Assembly: GCA_017558825.1 (NCBI GenBank)
Contig: JAFYTO010000009.1
Coordinates: 5,617-69,616 of the forward strand
Direction: 5' to 3'
From: Clostridia bacterium
Lineage (GTDB): Bacteria; Bacillota; Clostridia; Christensenellales; Borkfalkiaceae
Length of the DNA: 64,000 bases
Each line of letters starts with the position of its first letter. Position 1 is the stretch's first letter. Both the position numbers and the translations under genes were made by a program. The notes beneath the pieces were generated by a model. It searched no databases, was not told where the DNA came from, and saw nothing but the letters and a program-made list of their open reading frames with translations. This document shows, one piece after another, positions 46,407 to 53,411 of this stretch.

Positions 46407-47261
46407 TTATTCAATTTCGTCAAATACGCGCACGTAGTCGCATACAAAAGTGTCGTTTAATTCTTCTTCAGTCCAAGTAGTTTTTGGCTCGCCTTTACGG
46501 TAGCCTTGAATTTCCGTAGTAAGAAGAATAAATTGCTCAACTTGTGAAACTGGCTCATTTGTGCGTGAAACTTCCTTACCATCATAGTAAAAAACGTAAC
46601 CGTCTTTATTCCATTCTAAACCAACTCTATGAAACTCTCCGTCTTCCACGTAAGGGAATTTAACTCTACCTGCAGTTTTGCTATTTTCACTATAGCCGTC
46701 ATAAATGTTACCGCAAGTAAGGTTGCCGTTTACAAAGTTTTCAATAATATCGCTTTCAACGCCAACGTATTCAGGGTTTCCGCCTGCGCCTATGCTTGGA
46801 GATTGTATCCAAAACGCACTCCACCAAAATGGAAGCTTTTGGAATTTAATTCTTGCTTCATAGTAGCCAAATCTATGTGCAAACTTTGGCTTGTTATGTT
46901 TTTTAAGAGGCCAAATATAGTATTGTGGGTTAGTTGAACTTTCAGTTTTTAAAGTTTCAAGCCTATTTTTAACGTTGCCAAAAAGGTCTAAATCATCAAA
47001 ACTGTTGCCACCTGTTTGAAGTTGCGAAGAGCAGAGCATACCGTCAACTATAACAGGCTTAAATACTGCGTTACTGTTTCCGTCAAGCGTAACGCCCTTG
47101 TCGGTATACGCTAAAAATCTATCGCCCCAAAAGTTAAGGCGGTAATTCCAAACGTTTTCGTTTAAAACTGTACCGTCAAACTCGTCACTAAACACTAATT
47201 CCCACTTTTTACCGTCAGGCAAAATGCTGTATTCGTGGTCTTTAACTTCAAATTTTTGCAT
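46407..47261 (-). CDS. Glycoside hydrolase family 16-like protein without a signal peptide
   Basis: 284-aa ORF with the E-x-D-x-x-E catalytic pattern in VESDIIENF and an N-terminal WELVFSDEFDG motif. The N-terminus is not hydrophobic. Confidence 0.7.
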   Translation of the reverse strand: MQKFEVKDHEYSILPDGKKWELVFSDEFDGTVLNENVWNYRLNFWGDRFLAYTDKGVTLDGNSNAVFKPVIVDGMLCSSQLQTGGNSFDDLDLFGNVKNRLETLKTESSTNPQYYIWPLKKHNKPKFAHRFGYYEARIKFQKLPFWWSAFWIQSPSIGAGGNPEYVGVESDIIENFVNGNLTCGNIYDGYSENSKTAGRVKFPYVEDGEFHRVGLEWNKDGYVFYYDGKEVSRTNEPVSQVEQFILLTTEIQGYRKGEPKTTWTEEELNDTFVCDYVRVFDEIE

Positions 47262-47275
47262 AAAATGCCCTCAAA

Positions 47276-47569
47276 TTAGTCAATTTCGTAGTCAACTGCA
47301 ACGGAACTTACAATGCGCTCGTGCATATATTTTTTAACCACTTCAACGTGATATTTATCGTTTTGATATTCGTTTAACTTATCTAAACTTTCAACAACTA
47401 CTTGCAAAATAAGGTCGTAGTTTCTATCGCTTTTAACTTCGTTTTGTCCAACTTCTATTCCCCAAATTGTAGGAACTTTTGTAACCATACTCATTAAAAC
47501 GTTAGTTGCTTTTTCAAGTTCGTCAACCGAATTATCTTTAAGTTTAAAACATACAACGTGCTTAATCAT
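47276..47569 (-). CDS. Dabb (stress-responsive A/B barrel) domain protein
   Basis: 97-aa ORF. It starts MIKHVVCFKLKD and has a YDLILQVVVES region typical of Dabb. Confidence 0.75.
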   Translation of the reverse strand: MIKHVVCFKLKDNSVDELEKATNVLMSMVTKVPTIWGIEVGQNEVKSDRNYDLILQVVVESLDKLNEYQNDKYHVEVVKKYMHERIVSSVAVDYEID

Positions 47570-47570
47570 T

Positions 47571-47735
47571 TTACCAATCCTGCCTATCGCTTATTTTAAT
47601 ATCGTCATAATACTCAAAGTATTTTGACTTAAATTTTGCCGTTTCCGCCTTAGCTTTAGCTTTTTTAATTTGTTCTATAGTAGGTTTTTCTTCCTTTTTA
47701 GGCGGTTGTAAATTCTTTTTATTCTCGTTTTCCAT
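47571..47735 (-). CDS. Candidate small protein (54 aa, Lys/Glu-rich), below the ORF-track cutoff
   Basis: By hand translation: [54 protein letters not shown]. It fills the whole mnmG-Dabb gap. Its start overlaps the mnmG stop, and its stop lies 1 nt before the Dabb ATG. There is no clear SD. Confidence 0.35.
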   Translation of the reverse strand: MENENKKNLQPPKKEEKPTIEQIKKAKAKAETAKFKSKYFEYYDDIKISDRQDW

Positions 47736-49596
47736 CGTTTGATTTTAGCCATACCATAAGCACCGCAATATCTGCAGGGTTTACGCCGGAAATTCTTGAT
47801 GCTTGGTCAAGGTTAAGTGGCTTTACCTCGTTTAATTTTTCTCTTGCTTCAACACGCAAGCCGTTAATGTTTAAATAATTGATATCATCGCCAAGCAACT
47901 TATTTTTTAATTTTTCTGCTTTTTTAATGCTATCAAGTTCTTTTTTAATGTAGCCGGCGTATCTAACGTCTGTTTCAACGGTTTCTAAAATATCAAAAGG
48001 AATACCTTCAAAAGCGTTAAATTGCTCTTTAATGAGTTTTATAGATATTCCTCGCTTAATCATATCTTCGTAAGTTATTGCGCCGTAAATTTCGCCTGTA
48101 GAATTCTTTGTAACAAAGTCGTAGGCTTGCTTATATGGTACGGAAGTTTTAAGTTCTTCATTAGCGCGTTTAGTAATTTCACACCTATCTAAATAAACTT
48201 GCCACCTTTCATCATCAACAAGCCCAAAATTTCTACCTATTTCAGTCAAGCGAACGTCAGTATTATCTTGCCTTAAAATAAGGCGATATTCCGCGCGTGA
48301 AGTCATTATTCTATACGGTTCGTTAGTGCCTTTTGTAACTAAGTCGTCAATCAAAACGCCAGCGTAGGCTTCGTTTCTACCTAAAACGAGCTGTGGTTTA
48401 TTTTTCATAAGCATACTTGCGTTTAAGCCAGCAATTAAGCCTTGCACGGCGGCTTCTTCATATCCGCTTGTTCCGTTAATTTGACCAGCAGTAAATAAAC
48501 CGCTAACGTTTTTATATTCAAGGGTAGGCTTAAGGTCTAAACTATCAATACAGTCGTATTCTATAGCGTAGGCGTAACGCATAAAGTGCGCGTTTTCAAA
48601 ACCTTCAACAGAGCGATACATTTGCTCTTGTACGTCAACTGGCATTGAAGAAGACATACCTTGTACGTAAACTTCATTAGTGTCAACGCCTTCGGGCTCT
48701 AAAAAGATTTGATGGCGCTCTTTATCTGAAAATCTTACCACCTTAGTTTCAATAGAAGGGCAGTAACGTGGGCCTGTAGTAGTAATAACGCCGTTATATA
48801 GTGGAGACCTTTCTAAATTGCTTAAAATAATTTGTTTTGTTTGTTCGTTGGTATAACCTAAATAGCAAGGCGTTTGTTCCTTTTTTAGCTCTTTTGTCAT
48901 GTAAGAGAAAGGGTAAACGTCTGTTTCGCCGTCTTGCACGGTAAATTTAGAATAGTCAATAGTTCTGCCGTCAAGGCGGGCAGGAGTGCCCGTTTTAAAA
49001 CGGCGAATTTTAAAACCCAAACGAATAAGAGCATCAGTTAAATAAGTTGCGTTTTGAAAGCCGTTAGGCCCGCTAAATTTTTTATATTCACCAATAACAA
49101 TATCGCTATTCAAATACACGCCGGTTGCAACTACTACAGTTTTGCAGTTGAGCAACGTATTAAAGTTAGTAACAACGCCTGTAACAGTGCCGTTTTCCGT
49201 TAAAATATCAGTTGCTTCGCATTGAATAATAGATAAATTAGGCGTATTTTCAAGCGTTTTTTTCATTTCTCTATGGTAAGCGTTTTTATCCGCTTGCGCT
49301 CTAAGAGATTGAACAGCAACGCCTTTACCACGGTTAAGCATTTTAATTTGGAGCATAGTTTTATCTATATTCTTGCCCATTTCGCCACCTAAAGCGTCAA
49401 GTTCACGAACTAAATGCCCCTTTGCCGTGCCGCCTATAGAAGGGTTGCACGCCATAAATGCAATAGCGTCTAAGTTTATTGTTAGAAGCGCGGTTTTATT
49501 ACCCGTGCGGGCAAGTGCCAAGGCAGCCTCGCAACCAGCGTGGCCTGCACCTATAACAACCGCGTCATAATTGTCAATTTTAATATAGTTATTCAT
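47719..49596 (-). CDS. mnmG: tRNA uridine 5-carboxymethylaminomethyl modification enzyme MnmG (GidA)
   Basis: 625-aa ORF with the FAD motif VIGAGHAGCEAA, plus GPRYCPSIE and TSRAEYRL. Confidence 0.95.
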   Translation of the reverse strand: MNNYIKIDNYDAVVIGAGHAGCEAALALARTGNKTALLTINLDAIAFMACNPSIGGTAKGHLVRELDALGGEMGKNIDKTMLQIKMLNRGKGVAVQSLRAQADKNAYHREMKKTLENTPNLSIIQCEATDILTENGTVTGVVTNFNTLLNCKTVVVATGVYLNSDIVIGEYKKFSGPNGFQNATYLTDALIRLGFKIRRFKTGTPARLDGRTIDYSKFTVQDGETDVYPFSYMTKELKKEQTPCYLGYTNEQTKQIILSNLERSPLYNGVITTTGPRYCPSIETKVVRFSDKERHQIFLEPEGVDTNEVYVQGMSSSMPVDVQEQMYRSVEGFENAHFMRYAYAIEYDCIDSLDLKPTLEYKNVSGLFTAGQINGTSGYEEAAVQGLIAGLNASMLMKNKPQLVLGRNEAYAGVLIDDLVTKGTNEPYRIMTSRAEYRLILRQDNTDVRLTEIGRNFGLVDDERWQVYLDRCEITKRANEELKTSVPYKQAYDFVTKNSTGEIYGAITYEDMIKRGISIKLIKEQFNAFEGIPFDILETVETDVRYAGYIKKELDSIKKAEKLKNKLLGDDINYLNINGLRVEAREKLNEVKPLNLDQASRISGVNPADIAVLMVWLKSNDGKRE

Positions 49597-49597
49597 A

Positions 49598-50946
49598 TTA
49601 TTTTTTCAAAATCAAGTTTTTAATGTCGCTAACCGAGGTTGCAATTTTATCGCTAAACTTAATAAGTTCCGCAATTTTATCGCGAGAGTGAATAATGGTA
49701 GTGTAATTTTTACCACCAAGTTCTTCGCCAATAGTAACAAGTGGAATAGACATAAGTTCCGTCATTAAATATGCGCAAATTTGGCGTGGAATAACAAGTT
49801 CTTTGTTACGCTTTTTAGAAGTTAAGTCAGCCTTAGAAATTTTATAGTAAGTGCAAACTGTATTTATGACTTTTGAAGCAGAAATACTTTCTTTAATTTC
49901 GCTTGTAACGCTATCCTTAAGCGCCTCCATTGCAAGAGGTAAACTGATAGGCTCTTCGTGAAGGGTAGAGAAGAATATAACTCTATTAAGCATACCTTCT
50001 AAACTTCTAACGTTGTCTTCGCTATTTTCAGCCATAAACATAGCAACGTCAAGCGGTAAAATGAATTTTTTATATTCGGCTTTCTTTTGTAAAATTGCAA
50101 CTTTTGTTTCAACGTCTGGCGCTAAAACCTGAGCTTTTAAACCGCCTTCAAAACGAGTTCTTAATCTTTCGTCTAAAAGTTCAATTTTGCTTGGCTCACA
50201 GTCTGCAGATAAAACAATTTGCTTGTTTTCACCATAAAGAGCGTTAAAAGTATTAAAAAATTCTTCTTGAGTCGTTTCTTTGCGTGCTAAGAATTGCACG
50301 TCATCAATAATTAAAACGTCAACGTTGCGATATTTATTTCTAAAATTTTCGCCTTCTTGAGAGTAAGCTTTGCCCGTTTTAATGTTTGTAATAAGTTCTG
50401 TTGTAAACTTTTCGCAAGTAGAGTAAAGAACTTTCTTTTTAGGCATTGTTTTGTGTATATGGTTTGCAATTGCTTGCATTATGTGCGTTTTACCAAGACC
50501 AGAAGCACCGTAAATAAAGAGTGGGTTATAAGAATCTCCTGGGGCTTCGGCTACAGCTTTTGCCGCAGCGTATAAATAACGGTTAGAACCGCCTACAACA
50601 AAAGAATCGAACGTATATTTAGGGTCAATAGGCGAAGATTCAATATGAATTTTATCTTCTCCAAACAAATCATCTTTACTTTCTAAGTATTCTTTTTTGC
50701 TAGAGCCTTGGAAAATAACTATATCAGTAACGCCGGTATTAAGTTCTTTAAGTTTATCTACAATTTTCGTTTTAAGGTTAGTTCTTATCGTTTTTGCAAA
50801 AACCTCTGCTTTTGTAAGCAACACTAAAGTTGAGCCAACCAAATCGATAGGCTCAAGAACCTTTATAAAAGTAGTGTAATTTGCCGTAGAAATTGAATTT
50901 TCTAATTCGGGCAAGGCTTTTTTCCAAATAATTTCGTAACTTTCCA
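49598..50946 (-). CDS. dnaA: Chromosomal replication initiator DnaA
   Basis: AAA+ Walker A GASGLGKTH, box VII, and a C-terminal DNA-binding domain (GGKNYTTIIHSRDKI). The ATG at 50946 is preceded by GGAG; the ORF-track start at 50959 is a non-ATG codon. Confidence 0.95.
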
Positions 50947-51098
50947 TAAAAAACTCCAATAAAAGCGGTTAAACTTTTGTTTATTTTTGCAAAATGTGAT
51001 AAAATATACTTAAGAATACATTAAAAATGCGCAATTTTATACTTGTAAAGTATATTATATAATAAATTAGCGCAAAAATCAATTATTAAAGTATCAAA

Positions 51099-52226
51099 AT
51101 GTTTATAAAAAATTTAATTTTAAAAAACTATCGCAATTACGAATATCAAGAATTTAACTTTTGTAACGGCGTAAATATTTTAACTGGTGACAATGCTCAA
51201 GGTAAAACCAACTGTGCCGAGGCTATTTTTTATCTTTGCACGGGCTATTCGCCAAGGGCAACGCGTGATAAGCAAGTTATTAAGTACGGGCAAGACAGTG
51301 CAAAAATTATTGGCACCGCAACTTCTAGCTACGGCAACGTTGAAGTTGAATTGAGTTTTTATAACAACGCTAACAAAGGCATTAAAATAAACGGCGTTCC
51401 TATTAAAAAAATAGGCGAACTTATGGGCAATATAAATTCAGTTTTCTTTAACCCGGGCGAACTTAAGCTTATTCAAGAAAGCCCAGAAGATAGGCGCAGG
51501 TTTATGGATATTTCACTTTCGCAAATGAGCAAGCGTTACTTTTACGCGCTTCAAAAATATCGCAAAGTGTTAGAACAACGTAACGACCTTTTAAAGTCAA
51601 ACGACAAGCAAACTATTTACGATACGCTCTCTTTTTGGGACGAGCAGCTTGCCGTTTATGCCGAAACAATTATCAAAGAAAGGCTTTTGTTTATTGAAAA
51701 ATTAGTTCCACTTGCAAAAAAAGCGCACTCGTATATTACTGGTAACAGTGAAGAAATTTCAATTTCTTTAGAAGCTCAATATTTAGATGAAGAAGACGAG
51801 TTTTTGCAAAGCCCAACAAGCCATTTAGAAAAAGACGTTAAAAAGTGCTTGTTATTAGCATTAACAAAACGTATTGAAAAAGACATTGCGCTTGGATATA
51901 CCAGCGTAGGCCCACACCGCGACGATATTAAAATTAAAATAAATAATGAAGACGTAAGGCTTTACGGCTCTCAAGGTCAACAAAGAACAAGCGCACTTTC
52001 GCTTAAACTTGCCGAACTTGAAGTGTTTAAAAATAGGTTTAACGAATACCCGGTTTTAATTTTAGACGATGCTTTTAGCGAGCTTGACAAGTCTAGGCGT
52101 TCACGCTTACTTAGCTACGTTGACGGCGTTCAAACAATTATAACCTGTACTGACGTAACAGAAGATATGTTAACAAGCAGTAATATTAAAGTATTTAATA
52201 TTAAAAACGGAAAAATTGAAGAATAA
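51099..52226 (+). CDS. recF: DNA replication and repair protein RecF
   Basis: 375-aa ORF with NYRNY, Walker A GDNAQGKTN, signature GSQGQQRT and Walker B LILDDAFSELD. Confidence 0.93.
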   Translation: MFIKNLILKNYRNYEYQEFNFCNGVNILTGDNAQGKTNCAEAIFYLCTGYSPRATRDKQVIKYGQDSAKIIGTATSSYGNVEVELSFYNNANKGIKINGVPIKKIGELMGNINSVFFNPGELKLIQESPEDRRRFMDISLSQMSKRYFYALQKYRKVLEQRNDLLKSNDKQTIYDTLSFWDEQLAVYAETIIKERLLFIEKLVPLAKKAHSYITGNSEEISISLEAQYLDEEDEFLQSPTSHLEKDVKKCLLLALTKRIEKDIALGYTSVGPHRDDIKIKINNEDVRLYGSQGQQRTSALSLKLAELEVFKNRFNEYPVLILDDAFSELDKSRRSRLLSYVDGVQTIITCTDVTEDMLTSSNIKVFNIKNGKIEE

Positions 52227-52231
52227 TATGC

Positions 52232-52259
52232 AAAAAACCACGGTAAAAACCGTGGTTTT
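52232..52259. repeat. Terminator hairpin, direct-repeat copy B1 (left boundary of cassette 2)
   Basis: AAAAAACCACGGTAAAAACCGTGGTTTT (9-bp stem AACCACGGT/ACCGTGGTT). It is identical over 28 bp to 53151..53178. Confidence 0.9.
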
Positions 52260-52768
52260 TATGTTAAATTTTCATATAAATTTATGATTTGCTTTTTATT
52301 TTTAATGGCGTAATCATAAGCAATTTTAGTTCCGCTATTACGCCTTGCAGGCGCAAAAATATCGCGCTTGCTTTGTTTTTTTCTTGTAGGTAAATAATTT
52401 TTATTATAGTAAAAAACACAATAAGTTGAAAGGTTAATCATTTCATAATTTCGCTCAACATACGAATATTTGCCTGCGTTTTCTATTTTTTTAGGAAAGT
52501 AAGTTTCTTCGTATGATTGTAACAACATTTCAGTATAAGATGTGTTTATATACTGAAAAGCCGCCCTTACATAAACACGCTTAATAAATGGATATTCGTT
52601 TTTGAGTTGCGTTACTATTTCCCAAGACAAATCGTCAAATTCGCTATTGCTACCAAACAAAAAAGTTGTAGCGCCTTTTTTTATTAGTAAAATCACGGTT
52701 TCTTTTAATAAAATTTTTAGTTTTTCACTTATTTCAATATTTTTATGACCTATAAAGCAAACTTGCAT
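52259..52768 (-). CDS. SLOG-superfamily protein, DUF1273 / YpsA-YoqJ-like
   Basis: 169-aa ORF. It is colinear with Bacillus YpsA-type proteins: VCFIGHKNI (vs AITGYKP), TTFLFGSNSEFDDLSWEIV (vs ILISGQLGVELWAAEAA), and EYPFIKRVYV (vs EYPDLKVAVI). SD AAGGTG. Confidence 0.6.
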   Translation of the reverse strand: MQVCFIGHKNIEISEKLKILLKETVILLIKKGATTFLFGSNSEFDDLSWEIVTQLKNEYPFIKRVYVRAAFQYINTSYTEMLLQSYEETYFPKKIENAGKYSYVERNYEMINLSTYCVFYYNKNYLPTRKKQSKRDIFAPARRNSGTKIAYDYAIKNKKQIINLYENLT

Positions 52769-52780
52769 AGCGCACCTTTA

Positions 52781-52910
52781 TTCGTGGAATTCCACAAATA
52801 ATTATACAAAATTTACAACATAAAGTCAATATCGTGGAACTCCACGAGATAAAATTTTGTAGAATTCATATAATAATTTCGTGGAAAAACATAAAGGAAC
52901 TCCACGAAAG
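52781..52910. promoter_or_regulatory. Array of palindromic operators (consensus TCGTGGAAyTCCACGA) in the divergent promoter region of cassette 2
   Basis: Site 1 is TTCGTGGAATTCCACA (52781-52796), containing a 12-bp perfect palindrome. Site 2 is TCGTGGAACTCCACGA (52832-52847). Site 3 is split: the left half TTCGTGGAA (52878-52886) and the right half GGAACTCCACGAA (52896-52908) abut the SD of the HTH gene. Confidence 0.65.
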
Positions 52911-52917
52911 GTGAAAT

Positions 52918-53151
52918 ATGAATATAAATGATGCAATAATTAAAAGAATTGAAGAAATTTGCAATGAAAAGAATATTAACATTTGCGGAGCAGCATTAAA
53001 TGGTGGAAAATCGCCATCCGCAATATATGATTTAATTAAAGGTAGAACAAAATGCTCAAAAGTTTCTACAATAAAAGCCTTTTGTCAAGGCGCAGGAATA
53101 ACTTTATCTCAATTTTTTGATAAAGATTATTTTAATGATTTTGAAGATTAA
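52918..53151 (+). CDS. Small helix-turn-helix (XRE/Cro-like) regulator
   Basis: 77-aa ORF with SD AAAGGTG. It has a short HTH-like core (SPSAIYDLIKGRTKCSKVSTIKAFCQGAGITLSQFF). It is divergent from the SLOG gene. Confidence 0.6.
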   Translation: MNINDAIIKRIEEICNEKNINICGAALNGGKSPSAIYDLIKGRTKCSKVSTIKAFCQGAGITLSQFFDKDYFNDFED

Positions 53152-53178
53152 AAAAACCACGGTAAAAACCGTGGTTTT
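53151..53178. repeat. Terminator hairpin, direct-repeat copy B2 (right boundary of cassette 2)
   Basis: The same 28-bp sequence as 52232..52259. Confidence 0.9.
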
Positions 53179-53189
53179 ATTTTTTTATT

Positions 53190-53393
53190 TTATCCCATTA
53201 AAACTTCGCTAATAACTTCTAAAACTTTTTGGTAGCAGCCGCCGCAACCTGTTGAGCAATGAGTAACGTTTTGCACGTCTTCAAAAACTCTAATAGCGTC
53301 TTCCATTTTAGTGTGGTTATGTAATGCTTTAGCAATGTCTGCATAGCTTACTTGTTTACAGTTGCAAATCATATAGTTTTCTTTATTTTCCAT
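53190..53393 (-). CDS. BFD-like [2Fe-2S]-binding domain protein
   Basis: 67-aa ORF with a C-x-C...C-x2-C cysteine pattern (ICNCKQV ... CSTGCGGCYQKV). SD AGAGGTG. Confidence 0.7.
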   Translation of the reverse strand: MENKENYMICNCKQVSYADIAKALHNHTKMEDAIRVFEDVQNVTHCSTGCGGCYQKVLEVISEVLMG

Positions 53394-53411
53394 AGTAACA
53401 CCTCTTATTAG

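Noticed and set aside
50947-51098. The dnaA-recF spacer as oriC or a DNA-unwinding element.
   Set aside because: It is AT-rich, as expected for any promoter region here. It has no DnaA-box cluster and no AT-rich 13-mer repeats that I could recognise, so it is left as an open question rather than a feature.
52781-52910. The TTCCACA-containing repeats near dnaA/recF could be DnaA boxes (oriC).
   Set aside because: The best 9-mers (AATTCCACA, AACTCCACG) have 3 or more mismatches to TTATCCACA. The repeats are self-complementary 14-16-mers placed over the starts of the two cassette genes, which fits repressor operators instead.
45701-53178. The repeated hairpins could be a CRISPR array or REP/MITE elements.
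   Set aside because: There are only two copies of each, and the two pairs are unrelated. The spacing is 0.7-0.9 kb and contains genes. There are no cas genes and no regular repeat-spacer periodicity.
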